The notes beneath the pieces were generated by a model, which worked only from the letters and a program-made list of their open reading frames with translations, ran no database searches and was not told the origin of the DNA. DNA of 29,506 nt from Tolypothrix carrinoi HA7290-LM1 (GTDB lineage: Bacteria > Cyanobacteriota > Cyanobacteriia > Cyanobacteriales > Nostocaceae), in the NCBI GenBank assembly GCA_019358935.1, contig JAHHIK010000098.1, forward strand, positions 1-29,506. The letters run 5' to 3'. The first letter of the stretch is position 1. The number at the start of each line of letters is the position of its first letter. Shown one piece after another: positions 11,210-21,811 of this stretch. The translations under genes and the position numbers were made by a program.

Positions 11210-11447
11210 AAACGCAGTATGTTAAACCAGGCAATTAATTTACTCTCATCTAGACTACCGCAGTGAGTGACTTGACGTGTGGCTATTTCCTTGATTCGAG
11301 TTAAGTTTATTTTTTAGTTTTGTTACTAGGTTTGATGAACTTTTGTAAAGTAATTAGCCAGAAGTGGCAATTATTTTCTCACTTGAAATTTTTTGTCTTG
11401 ATGTTGTTTTGTTTGGAATTGAAAATTTTTACTTAAAACCCTCGTTG

Positions 11448-11476
11448 GTACAGACGTTCCGGTGGAACGTCTCTAC
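11448..11476. repeat. Palindromic small dispersed repeat, same family as 7041-7069
   Basis: gtacagacgttccggtggaacgtctctac. Confidence 0.75.
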
Positions 11477-11723
11477 GAGCAATGTTTTTTGTATTAATAT
11501 TGTTTTCTATTTTCTCAGTACAAAATACAGGGAAATGGTAATTTTGTATATTTATTTCAGATTTTCACATTTTTTTAGACTTGAGTTAACTGATAATTGT
11601 GACGATAAAGAAAACCCCAAATCAGAATCATGGGCAAACCTGCCGTGAGAGGGAAGTTTGCATTTTGCCAGAACGTTAGTAATAATTTGGATACTTATTA
11701 TTTAGAATCTGTTTTTCATTTTT

Positions 11724-12707
11724 ATGAATCGTTCCGCTTGTCTTATTTTTAATCCGGTTGCGGGTCAAGGCGATCCAGAACAAGAATTAGCACAAATTCA
11801 GGCAATATTACAGAAAGAAATTGACTTAGATATTTATTTAACTACTGAAGAAATCGGTGCTGACAAACTCGCACAGCAAGCAGTTGAGCGCGGGGTAGAT
11901 GCGATTATTGCTTCTGGGGGAGATGGCACCCTTTCGGCAGCTGCAACTGCGGTAATTGGTAGTAATATTCCTTTTGGCATTATTTCGCGGGGAACGGCAA
12001 ACGCTTTTGCTACTGCTTTGGGAATTCCTGATTCAATCGCCGCCGCTTGTGAGAATATTTTACAAGGAGGAACTCGAAGTGTAGACGTAGCTTATTGTAA
12101 CGATCGCCCGATGGTGTTGCTTGCAGGTATTGGTTTTGAAGCGGAAACAGTGGAACGCGCTGACCGAGATGCGAAAAATCGATTTGGCATTCTGGCGTAT
12201 ATCTTAGCAGGACTGCAAGAATTACGCAATTTAGAAACTTTTGATGTAGAAATCGAAACTGATGAGAAAATAATTAAAACTTCTGCTGTGGCGGTGACGG
12301 TAGCAAATGCTGCACCTGCTACTTCGGTTTTGGCTCAAGGACCGGCGGGAATTATTGTTGATGATGGGTTACTCGATTTAACTATAGTGGCTCCAGCGAA
12401 TAAGGCAGGAGCGATCGCTGCAACATTTCATCTGTTTCAAACCGCTTCTGCGGGTATCCCAGTCGAGCGCAATGACATCGGCTATCTGCGCTCTAAACAA
12501 TTCAAAATTACCACCGAACCACCGCAAAAGGTCGTCTTAGATGGTGAACTAGTTGGAACAACTCCGATTGAGATTAAGTGTGTTCCCGCAGGTTTGACCG
12601 TTTTTGTGCCGAAGAATGAAGAAGTTGTGCCTGTGGAAAAACTAGAGGGACTTCCTAACCTGGTAATTGAGATGAAAAACACGCAAGATACTCCATCTGA
12701 TACTTAA
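11724..12707 (+). CDS. YegS/BmrU diacylglycerol-kinase family lipid kinase
   Basis: NPVAG, GGDGT, GTANAFA, DDGLLD, LDGE. Confidence 0.95.
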   Translation: MNRSACLIFNPVAGQGDPEQELAQIQAILQKEIDLDIYLTTEEIGADKLAQQAVERGVDAIIASGGDGTLSAAATAVIGSNIPFGIISRGTANAFATALGIPDSIAAACENILQGGTRSVDVAYCNDRPMVLLAGIGFEAETVERADRDAKNRFGILAYILAGLQELRNLETFDVEIETDEKIIKTSAVAVTVANAAPATSVLAQGPAGIIVDDGLLDLTIVAPANKAGAIAATFHLFQTASAGIPVERNDIGYLRSKQFKITTEPPQKVVLDGELVGTTPIEIKCVPAGLTVFVPKNEEVVPVEKLEGLPNLVIEMKNTQDTPSDT

Positions 12708-13331
12708 TTTTAAGTCCTTAGCTGTAGTAATAAGGAAAGGGAAGAAAGCAATTATTAAGTTCTTTATACATCGGATTTTACTCTCGAAAAATCCTTAATT
12801 CAGCTTTGAATATTTGATTTTTTCCCTTTTTAGATGAAATTAGGAAAATTTTGCATATAAGTTGTATGCATTCTGCTTTTTTATGCCTGTTAAATAGCGA
12901 AACCCCGAATAAAGTAGGATTGCGCTACCACTTAACTATGCCAATTAATTATAAATTTACTGCTTTTAAGCAATTATAAGAGATTCTGATTTGTCACTTT
13001 CGGATTAATTTACCTCAACCTTAATGTAGATACAACTTTAACAACAGCTTAATAACATGGGAATAGTAATGTTACATCAAATTGTGATGTCTGCTACTTG
13101 TCTGCTGTAATAAATATTTTACAGATTAGCAGCAAAAGATTGTTTATCAAAGTTTGATTTGATACTCATCTCAACGTAATTTATGTAATACGACTAAAAC
13201 AAGAAAAAGCTAATTCGTTTATTGTTTGCCTTGGTAATTTAATTTTTTTTATAAAATACATAAGAAAAATTAATAATTAAATAAATTCCCCTTTTTACGT
13301 TCATTAATAAAAAAAATTAACAAGAGGCTTC

Positions 13332-14666
13332 ATGAATGCGAAAAATCCTAAACAAACATTTGACCTACAGCTAAAAGTTGCTCAACCGGGCAAACAATTG
13401 TCTAAGAGCTTTGTGGCATTGACCGGGCAACAATTACAGTTATTGAATGAAAGTCTGAAGATGTTTTGGGCAACATTACAAGAACAGCACGCGACAATAG
13501 AAGAATTGCGCTCTGCAAATGAGGCACTGATAGCGACTCGCAAGTATTTGGAAGAAGAACGTAACCGCTACCAAGAGTTGTTTGACTTTGCGCCGGATGG
13601 ATATTTAGTAACAGATATTAAGGGTACAATTTCCCAAGCAAATTATGCTGCTGCCAAGTTGCTTAACATCGACCAAAAGTATCTAGTAGGTAAAAAGCTG
13701 ATTAGCTTTATTCCAGAGGCAGATCGTCAAGCTTTTCGAGTTATGCTGACGCAACTTTATGGTATGAAGCGATTGCAAGAATGGGAAGTACGTTTGTGTA
13801 GACGAGACAATACGCTGATTGATGCGGCGATGACGATAGTGACTGTGTATGATGCAAATCATAAGGCGATCGCCTTACGTTGGCAACTGCGAGAAATCAC
13901 CGCACGCAAGCAAGCTGAAGAACAAATACGCGAACTGCAACTGCAAAATTTGCAATTAGTAGAAGCAGATCGTCTCAAATCACAATTTTTGTCAATAATG
14001 TCGCACGAGTTGCGTACTCCCTTAAACGCGATTCTAGGATTTTCTCATGTGCTGCTACGTCGATTTCGCCCGAATGTTGAGCAGCAACCATTAAACATGG
14101 TGGAAAATATATACAGCAATAGTAAGCACTTGCTGTCGTTAGTTGAAGATATTTTGGATTATACCAAGCTAAAAGCCAAACGTTTGGAATTGCAGTTAGA
14201 AACGTTTGACTTGGCTGACTTGGTAAAAACGACTGCTGAAGAAATGCGATCGCTCGCAAAGCACAAAAATCTCGATTTACAGGTTTATTTAGCTCAACCG
14301 AGCATTTCTGTAGTCAATGACCCCAGCAGAATGCACCAAATTATAGCTAACTTGCTGGATAATGCAATTAAATATACCGAATCCGGTAGCGTGGTTATAG
14401 AAGTTACCGAACTACCCGAAGAGAAATTAGCGATCGCTGTTGTCGATACTGGCATTGGCATCGGTGAAAAAGATTTAAAGTTGATTTTTCAAGAGTTTCG
14501 CCAAGCAAATCAGACTTTAGCTAGATGTCAAGGAGGGACAGGTTTAGGACTGGCTATTACTGATGCTTTAGTGCAATTAATGCAAGGAACCATCTTTGTA
14601 GAAAGCAGTTTAGGGCAGGGTTCTACCTTTCGGGTGGAATTACCCCGCACTTTGTCGGCAAAATAA
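13332..14666 (+). CDS. PAS-domain sensor histidine kinase (coiled coil-PAS-HisKA-HATPase), no adjacent response regulator
   Basis: SHELRTPLNAILG H-box, NLLDNAIKYT, DTGIGI, GTGLGL; PAS begins RYQELFDFAPDGY. Confidence 0.95.
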   Translation: MNAKNPKQTFDLQLKVAQPGKQLSKSFVALTGQQLQLLNESLKMFWATLQEQHATIEELRSANEALIATRKYLEEERNRYQELFDFAPDGYLVTDIKGTISQANYAAAKLLNIDQKYLVGKKLISFIPEADRQAFRVMLTQLYGMKRLQEWEVRLCRRDNTLIDAAMTIVTVYDANHKAIALRWQLREITARKQAEEQIRELQLQNLQLVEADRLKSQFLSIMSHELRTPLNAILGFSHVLLRRFRPNVEQQPLNMVENIYSNSKHLLSLVEDILDYTKLKAKRLELQLETFDLADLVKTTAEEMRSLAKHKNLDLQVYLAQPSISVVNDPSRMHQIIANLLDNAIKYTESGSVVIEVTELPEEKLAIAVVDTGIGIGEKDLKLIFQEFRQANQTLARCQGGTGLGLAITDALVQLMQGTIFVESSLGQGSTFRVELPRTLSAK

Positions 14667-14667
14667 A

Positions 14668-14762
14668 CAGGACTTACGCTGTTAGACCTCTCAAACCCTT
14701 ATTCCTCTGTTTCCTCTGCGTTCTCTGCGGTTCGTTTTTCCGTTATTGCTGTACAAGTCCTA
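14668..14762. repeat. MITE-like repeat with imperfect terminal inverted repeats
   Basis: CAGGACTTACG...CAAGTCCTA with internal CTCTGCG-type 9-mers. Confidence 0.75.
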
Positions 14763-14778
14763 ATAAAGAATATTGCGC

Positions 14779-15348
14779 TCACCCAAAAACAACTCCGCGA
14801 TAAATTTCTGCGATCGGCAATTCGATCCCAACTGACTCCAAGGGAATCGATCGCTCTAAATCGTTAAATTCAGTGAGCAACCAACCTTGAGTTTGTTTGC
14901 TATAGCGTTCGACAAAAAGTTCATCCTGCTCGATTAATAAATATTCGCGAAAACTCTTAATTGATCGATACATCCGAAATTTACTTTCGCGATCGTAATC
15001 TGCTGTAGAAGGAGATAGCACTTCAACAATCAAGATCGGATTCAAGACTTCATCTTGGCGATTGCCATTCAGTTGCGGTTCACCGTCAAAAACCATCACG
15101 TCTGGATATAACCCGCGTCGATAATCGGGAATCCACAGCCGCAAGTCGCTGTTAATTGGCTCAAATCGAGTATCGCGCATTATAGAGGTAAAATAGGTCA
15201 AAATATTCCGACCGATACGGCTGTGTTTGAGCGATCCTCCTGGCATGGGTACGATTTCTCCATCACGATATTCGCTGCGTCCTTCTGCTTTTTCTTCGAT
15301 CGCACGATATTCATCTAAATTGTAGCGGCGCTCGATGGTGGTAATCAT
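14779..15348 (-). CDS. Uma2-family (DUF820) PD-(D/E)XK endonuclease
   Basis: EYRDGEIVPM, YPDVMV, IVEVLSPST..YDR..KF..Y; ATG at 15348 preferred as start. Confidence 0.93.
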   Translation of the reverse strand: MITTIERRYNLDEYRAIEEKAEGRSEYRDGEIVPMPGGSLKHSRIGRNILTYFTSIMRDTRFEPINSDLRLWIPDYRRGLYPDVMVFDGEPQLNGNRQDEVLNPILIVEVLSPSTADYDRESKFRMYRSIKSFREYLLIEQDELFVERYSKQTQGWLLTEFNDLERSIPLESVGIELPIAEIYRGVVFG

Positions 15349-15417
15349 AAGTCGTAACCGATCGCATTGACTGTAGGGCAACAAAACTATTTTGTCACAG
15401 ATTTGGGCTTCAGGAAG

Positions 15418-15745
15418 AAGGGGAAAGGGGAAAGGATTTTTGAGGAGGGGAAAAGGTTAAAGGGGAAAGGGAAAAGGGAAGAAGCAATTTTAAACAAATA
15501 CAGTTGATTTTAAATAACTCCGCCCCTTTCCCCTTTTTTCCTTTCACGGCAGATGACGGCAGGTGCTTCACTTGGGGAGCCACTGCGTTGGACGGGTTTC
15601 CCGGCAGACGCGCAAGTGGCGATTTGCTCCCAAGACCGCACTGCCTCCTCCACTTGGGGAGCCACCCCCACAGGAAGGGTTTCCCGACAGCCACGGGAGT
15701 GGCGATTTGCTCCCAAGACCGCACTGCCTCCCCTTTCCCCCTCCC
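15418..15745. repeat. Composite repeat region: AAAGGGG-type STRR arms in inverted orientation plus two ~83-nt tandem units of nested small dispersed repeats
   Basis: CACTTGGGGAGCCAC at 15569 and 15651; AGTGGCGATTTGCTCCCAAGACCGCACTGCCTCC at 15615-15648 and 15698-15731. Confidence 0.8.
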
Positions 15746-15832
15746 AGATTGGTGAGTTGAGTCACGCGATCGCCGCATCTTAGATTATCTTAAAAGGTGC
15801 GTGCTTCATGAAAATTCAGGAGTAAAGTTGCT

Positions 15833-17386
15833 TTGAAACTTGTGTCCGATCCGGCGATCGCCGACAAAATTCGCAAGATGAATCAGCGGGTACGATGGCA
15901 AGATCCTGCAATTGTCGAGCGGGGCATTGACCAAACTCGCATGGTATTGGATGATAATCGCTTCACAGATCGAGAGTTCTCGTTTTTGGTTGTGGGTGAT
16001 AGCGGTTCCGGATCGCATCACGGACACAATCCTCAACGAAAGGTAGCTGAACTAATGCTGCCCCATCACGACGAAAGCCGTTTTCTGCTACATACCGGTG
16101 ACGTTATCTATTTAGTAGGGTCAAGCGAGTACTACCACCAAAACTTTATCAAGCCTTATAGCGAATTCCTCGTAGGTGGCGAGCATCCCAAGCGTATCGC
16201 TTATGACCAGATGGTCTTCAAGCTGCCGATTCTACCCATACCGGGAAATCACGATTACTATAACTTACCGATTGTCTTGGGCTTAGTGTCTTGGACAACA
16301 CTGCCAATCCGTCGTTTACTTAAGTCCAAATTAGATTTGAATGTGGGCTTGCATGGCTCAGGAAGAGGTGATGCTTACGCCAAAGCGTTTTTGGACTATC
16401 TGAAGGCGTTTAAGCTTCCGGGAGATTTAGGGCGTCATTTAGATGAACATTATACGGAAAAAACGGATACCGGGCGTTGTCTTAGCTACCAGCCAGGAAA
16501 ATTTACCCGCCTTCCGAATCGTTACTATACTTTCCGCTATGGGGGTATTGACTTTTTCGCTTTAGATTCTAATACATTTAACGATCCGCTGCCTCTAGCC
16601 TCGACTCGTGAAGGCGATGTCGATCGCCAAATATTGCGCGATCGCCGCGAGGATTTACAGCAAGAGAATCAGCAAATCATGGAAACCATAGCGAAACTCA
16701 ATCCGGATAATCCTAGCGAAGCCGATCAACTCGACGATTTGCACCAAAAGCTGACACAAATTGAAGAAATTATTGTTGATATTGACAAGCAATTAGCCGC
16801 CGATAAAACTACAACAGTAACTGATATCGAACAATTGGAATGGTTGAAGCGAAGATTAATTGAGTCTTGGAATACTAGCGAAGTGCGGGGAAGGGTAATT
16901 TATTTTCATCATCCTCCCTACGTAACTGAAGCGACAAAATGGCAACAGGGACAGACTTTTGCAATTCGTAGCCGTTTGCGTAATGTGTTGAATGCGGTAG
17001 CTAAGGCGGTAGGTGACGCTTCTCAAGGTCGTCCTTTGGTCGATTTGGTGTTAAATGGTCACGCACACTGTTTGGAACACATTGAGACAGTGGAAACCGG
17101 AGGTGCTGATTCTGGTGTTAACTGGATTATTTGTGGCGGAAGTGGGTATAGTCTGCGACGTCAGCGAACTGAGGGAGCCGATTTGGTGGAAGAGGATAAA
17201 TTGATTGCGCGATCGCATCTTTTCATCGGTCGCAACGGTCAAGGTTCTCAAAAGCGCAGACCTTACTCGTGTTTACGCATTGATGTTAAAGATGGTAATC
17301 CTCCTAAGTTTATTGTCCGTCCTTTGGTTGCGGAGTGGTATCAGCGACGCTGGGGACATCCGGAAATTGAGCCGTTTACGATTTGA
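15833..17386 (+). CDS. Calcineurin-like metallophosphoesterase (purple acid phosphatase-like)
   Basis: GDSG, HTGDVIY, PGNHDY, HHPPY, NGHAH motifs. Confidence 0.92.
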   Translation: MKLVSDPAIADKIRKMNQRVRWQDPAIVERGIDQTRMVLDDNRFTDREFSFLVVGDSGSGSHHGHNPQRKVAELMLPHHDESRFLLHTGDVIYLVGSSEYYHQNFIKPYSEFLVGGEHPKRIAYDQMVFKLPILPIPGNHDYYNLPIVLGLVSWTTLPIRRLLKSKLDLNVGLHGSGRGDAYAKAFLDYLKAFKLPGDLGRHLDEHYTEKTDTGRCLSYQPGKFTRLPNRYYTFRYGGIDFFALDSNTFNDPLPLASTREGDVDRQILRDRREDLQQENQQIMETIAKLNPDNPSEADQLDDLHQKLTQIEEIIVDIDKQLAADKTTTVTDIEQLEWLKRRLIESWNTSEVRGRVIYFHHPPYVTEATKWQQGQTFAIRSRLRNVLNAVAKAVGDASQGRPLVDLVLNGHAHCLEHIETVETGGADSGVNWIICGGSGYSLRRQRTEGADLVEEDKLIARSHLFIGRNGQGSQKRRPYSCLRIDVKDGNPPKFIVRPLVAEWYQRRWGHPEIEPFTI

Positions 17387-17500
17387 GCAAGTAGTCAGCG
17401 CTGTCTTTGCCCAAGCGCTAACTACGAAATATTTTACTTTTTATAATCAAGGTTTTTAATAATTAATAAACTTTGATGATTAATTGAAAATTTTACTAGG

Positions 17501-17544
17501 CGGAAGTGTTTTTGCCGGGTAGCTAATTTAGCATTAGCTAAATT
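17501..17544. promoter_or_regulatory. Palindromic candidate operators upstream of the WYL regulator
   Basis: CGGAAGTGTTTTTGCCG (imperfect) and AATTTAGC-ATTA-GCTAAATT (perfect arms, 17525-17544). Confidence 0.4.
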
Positions 17545-17559
17545 GTTCTTTAGAAATTT

Positions 17560-17935
17560 ATGTCCCGGCATTTAGAACGGCTACTGCAAATAGATTCATT
17601 GTTAAGAACGGCAACGCGACAAACAAACGTAAGCCTTGCTCAAGAATTAGAAGTCAGCGAACGAACGATTCGTAACGATCTGGCTTTTTTACGCGATCGC
17701 TTTGATGCACCTTTGGAGTATACCCCGAAATTAGGTCATCACTACACTGATTCAGAATGGCGATTGCCGAGTATTTCTTTAACTAAAGGTGAGTTGTTTG
17801 CTCTTACCGTGGGTGCGAGGATGTTAGAAGCGTATGCTGGTTTACCTTATGCGTTGCAGTTGCGGTCGGCGATCGCACAACGCACGCAAACGTTTACCTG
17901 AGAAAACCTGGGTGAATGTGCAACAGCTAGCATAG
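17560..17935 (+). pseudogene. HTH-WYL transcriptional regulator, frameshifted and truncated (WYL domain lost)
   Basis: MSRHLERLLQID..LAQELEVSERTIRNDLAFLRDR wHTH. After LRSAIAQ the family-like sequence KRLPEKTWVNVQQLA continues in another frame and stops at about 17935. Confidence 0.85.
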
Positions 17936-18183
17936 GTCAATAAACCCTTTGCAGTTAATATCTTGTTCGCTTAATATGGGTGATTGCTGACAAGTCAAGT
18001 TTGATTAACTACTTTATTTCAAATTTTACCAGCTACATCAACTTTAAAAGTTGGTGTAATAAAGGCTGGGAAAATACTGTGGCTGAGTTCACCCTTCGGG
18101 TACGTCCGTTTGAACTCGACGGGAACCGCTAAGACTTCTGAGCAAATTTAGCGAGACAATAAATCGTTTATTTTCGACTAGCA

Positions 18184-18855
18184 ATGGATAACGTTATTAA
18201 TTTGTCTTTTCGGGTAAATGGTACCGAATTACCAGCCGATCATAACCATCGACTTTTAGCTGCTATCTGCAAGTTATTACCGCAGATACACAAATTAGAC
18301 AAAATAGCGATTAACACTATTACGGGTATCCCAAACAAACAGGGAAAAATCACCCTTACGCACAAATCTCGATTACTTTTGAGATTACCTGTAGAAGCGA
18401 TCGCTCAAGTTTATCCCCTCGTCAATCAAACTCTAGATATAGGTGGTTGCAAAATCCTACTGGGTGACGCAGAACTGCAAACTCTAAAACCAGTAGATAT
18501 CCTCAAAGCCAGACTGGTAACTATCAAAGGCTATACCGAACCGGAGACATTTTTAGGTGCTGCTCATCGTCAATTACAAGAATTAAGTATCAACGCTAAT
18601 GTTGGTATTCCTGCGAATGAAAAGGGTGAACCCAAACGCTTGACGCTCAAAATTAGACATGAAGAAAAACAGCACATAATTGTTGGTTTCAGTGTAATTG
18701 TTTCTGACCTGAGTCCAGAAGATTCAATCAAACTGCAAATTCACGGGTTGGGTGGTAAGCGTCGTCTTGGTTGCGGCATTTTCTGCCCAAATATTTCGGT
18801 TTATCAAAGCAATAGAGGTAATTTCAGTGCTGAATCCGAAAAAATTACTAGCTAA
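18184..18855 (+). CDS. cas6: Cas6 endoribonuclease, type I-B/I-MYXAN (Cmx6)
   Basis: LPADH, LKARLVTIKG, C-terminal G-rich loop GLGGKRRLGCGIF. Confidence 0.93.
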   Translation: MDNVINLSFRVNGTELPADHNHRLLAAICKLLPQIHKLDKIAINTITGIPNKQGKITLTHKSRLLLRLPVEAIAQVYPLVNQTLDIGGCKILLGDAELQTLKPVDILKARLVTIKGYTEPETFLGAAHRQLQELSINANVGIPANEKGEPKRLTLKIRHEEKQHIIVGFSVIVSDLSPEDSIKLQIHGLGGKRRLGCGIFCPNISVYQSNRGNFSAESEKITS

Positions 18856-19402
18856 AAGTCCTAAAGCAGATGGTGCAGAACTTACTCTTAATCAGCATTT
18901 AATTGATACTGATAACGCAGCACAGGCTATTTTCAGAGGAAGAATTTTAGATAACTGGTGTCGATTTTTTAAAGTTAAGGATGCTAGTAAATTTTTATAT
19001 CATTTACGAATAGCATCGCTTTTTCATGATATTGGCAAAGCAAATTCAGAGTTTTTAACAGGACTGAAAAGCAAGAAATACAAACAAAGTTTACGTCATG
19101 AATGGTTGAGTGCAATGATTTTGCATTTACCAAGCGTGAGGAAGTGGTTAGAGCCAAGTAAACTAGATTTGGAAGTTATTACGGCGGCTGTAAATTCTCA
19201 TCACCTCAAATCTCATCCAAAATGTTGGGGGATACCAAGAACACTTGTAAAGGAGTTTGAACTTTACATTAAAGAACCAGAAGTTATTAATATTCTGGAG
19301 AAAATAGGAAAAATTGCCGATGTTAATGGACTTCCAGAATTACCAGAGAGTTGGGTTGCAAGTGATAGGTTTTGGCAGCAAGTTTATCAACTTGACTTAT
19401 AA
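18827..19402 (+). pseudogene. cas3: Cas3 N-terminal HD nuclease fragment; helicase deleted
   Basis: RBS GAGGT plus GTG at 18827; LLAKS..TLNQHLIDT, LFHDIGKAN, RHEWLS, SHH; no helicase motifs. Confidence 0.88.
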
Positions 19403-20831
19403 AGCTTTTGCGGAAGAAAGATATACGGAGAAAAGGATAAACAATTATGACCGGGAAGAAACAGTTGAACTAACTGACAAAAATGGTAAAACTAAACAGG
19501 TTCAACGTTACTACTATACTGTTACAGTTCCAGAAGGTGCGTTTTTACCTGATTGGGATAAATCTAATGATGACCCGAATCATGGTATTTGGGTTAAATT
19601 ATGGCGGGATATGTTGTGGCAAATTGTTCGAGGTGTTCCAGCAACGCGCAACCCTTTTAATTTTCGAGTAAATGGTGCATCGTATTCACAAGATGTAGAA
19701 GCAATTTGGGCAGCATTACAACAGCCAGAAAAAATAATCGGACAGTCGGGTAATTATTACTTGGGTGCAACGGCAATAAATCCTGAAAATATACCAGTAA
19801 AAGATAAGGCAATATATCAATTTCTCTTACATTTTTGGGTTTTTGTCACGCAAGTGTATTCTCCCACAATTCTTGATAAAGATGGTCTGCGCGAGTTTGC
19901 TGGTTATGCTCTCGCAATTCCGGATGTCGCAAATCTGCGTAGATTTTGTAGTATTTTTCAGCAGGTACTAGCAGCACGCGAATCAGATAAATGGCGGCAT
20001 CTTCCACGGGAAGCTATTATTGATTTACCCGAAGAAGGTGCATTAGACCTACTATTACTTTTAGAAGACCGCATTAAACGTGAAATTGGCGGTCAACAAT
20101 TACGGCGTTTAATTTTAGGAATTGAACTCATCCATGCCGAAAAAGTAGGTAATAATATTAAAATTCGCTCGGTTAGTTATGTGGAACCAGTTACAAAACT
20201 AATTGATGATTACCGCACAATTAAAAAAATGTACTGGTGTCCTTGGTTCCGCAAGCAGCGATTAATTAATTTATTAAAGAATAAATCAGAGTCAGATGAG
20301 CAAGAAAATAATTTACCCCAGATTCAGCCGTGGAGTGATTTTGATGCTGTTTTAAGCCGGATTCCTCGAAAGTGGTTGCAAGACTCGTTATTTAGACATG
20401 ATGCTCGTGAATTCTTTAAACATGAAGTAAAAATTGATATGAAAAAAGAAATTCGTGATGATGCAAGAATTATTTATGATGTTTGCCAGCATTATGTTTT
20501 GAGTAAACTGGAATCAAAGTATGATTTGAAATGGGATAAATGCAAAGGTAATCCGAAAAAAGAAGAAGAGTAGAACGAAAAAAAATATAAGATTGCTAAT
20601 GAAGCATTTTTAGCAGTGCGATCGCGAACCGAAAAACAGGCTTTTATAGATTATTTTGTATCTACTCTCTACCCCTTTGTAAAAGAAAATGAATTCGTTG
20701 AATTTGCTAATACACTATTTAACAAATTTGATGAAATTCGTCCGCTAACACTTTTAGCGCTTTCCAGTCAGTATCCTCTAAACAAAAAGCCTGACGATAA
20801 AAGTTCTGAAACTACAGTAGAAGCAACATAA
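19392..20831 (+). pseudogene. cas8: Cas8 (Cmx8/Cas8a1-like, I-MYXAN) lacking its N-terminus, with an internal amber stop at 20571-20573
   Basis: P.GAFL, W.KLWRDMLWQI.RGVPATR.PF, QFLLHFW, GYALAIPDV. The frame continues through the TAG (EEE*NEKKYKIANEAFLAVRSRT..FIDYF..LTLLALS). Confidence 0.88.
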
Positions 20832-20886
20832 CCAAAAATTACCTTTGATTGCCTTTAGGCGTATAGTTGTTAAAAGGAAAATCGCC

Positions 20887-21807
20887 ATGAAAAAGAATTT
20901 GAATTTATTTGCCACAGTTTTGACTTATCCTGCACCATCAAGTAACTATCGGGGTGAATCTGAAGAAAATCGCACAGTTTTGCAAAAAATTTCCAAAAAT
21001 GGTCAAAAGTATGCTGTAGTTAGTCCGGAATCGTTGCGAAATGCATTGCGAGAAACTTTGATTTTAATGGAACAACCGCATAACCGCACGCGGATACATG
21101 ATGCAGACCAATTAGCTGTAGAATTTAAAGAATTTCCCAACGCTAGCAAGTATGCAGATGATTACTTGTTTGGCTTCATGGTGGCAAAACCAGAAGACGC
21201 AAAGAAAAATAAACCTTTACCACCAAAACGAGACAGCATTTTTCGCTGCAATATGGCAGTTGCATTAAGTCCTTACAAATATGATGCGGTGTTTCATCAA
21301 TCACCACTGAATGCCAAAACTAAAAATAATGAAAAGACCTATTGGAATAATGCCGGCACATCAGCACTGTTGCACCGTGAAGTCACGCATACCGCATTTC
21401 AGTATCCTTTTGCCTTATCTGGAAGGGATTGTCAGCAACATCCAGAATGGGTGCGGACATTATTGCAAGCGATCGCTCAACTTAATCGGGTTGCAGGTGG
21501 TCATGCTCGTGCTTATTATGAATTTGCACCCCGCTCTGTAGTAGCAAGGCTTACACCTAAGCTTGTGGCTGGTTACAACACTTATGGATTTAATGATGAT
21601 GGTGATTTCCCTGAGTTACTGCAAAGATTAGGGAAAGCCAACACAGAAAACTGTGACCTACCAGGAAATGAATTTTGGTTGGGTGGAGAAATCGTCCGCA
21701 ATTTAAATGAAGACACGAAAAAACGCTTGGAAGATGCGGGAGTAAATCTTTATGCTAACCCTGAGCATTTATTTGATGCATTGGCTAACCAGTTTTTAGA
21801 AGGTTGA
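20887..21807 (+). CDS. cas7: Cas7 / DevR backbone subunit
   Basis: SNYRGESEENRTVLQK, SPESLRNALRE, FHQSP, LLHREVTHTAFQYPF, VAGGHAR; RBS AAAGGA before ATG 20887. Confidence 0.93.
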   Translation: MKKNLNLFATVLTYPAPSSNYRGESEENRTVLQKISKNGQKYAVVSPESLRNALRETLILMEQPHNRTRIHDADQLAVEFKEFPNASKYADDYLFGFMVAKPEDAKKNKPLPPKRDSIFRCNMAVALSPYKYDAVFHQSPLNAKTKNNEKTYWNNAGTSALLHREVTHTAFQYPFALSGRDCQQHPEWVRTLLQAIAQLNRVAGGHARAYYEFAPRSVVARLTPKLVAGYNTYGFNDDGDFPELLQRLGKANTENCDLPGNEFWLGGEIVRNLNEDTKKRLEDAGVNLYANPEHLFDALANQFLEG

Positions 21808-21811
21808 GAGC

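Noticed and set aside
12708..13331. Long AT-rich intergenic region as ncRNA or array
   Set aside because: No repeats or convincing structure; probably the kinase promoter region.
15569..15731. CRISPR mini-array or TIGR array
   Set aside because: Only two units, the intervening sequences share conserved blocks, there is no similarity to the I-B repeat and no adjacent effector.
15410..15783. Several overlapping ORFs in the ORF track
   Set aside because: Artefacts of GC-rich repeats; no protein-like features.
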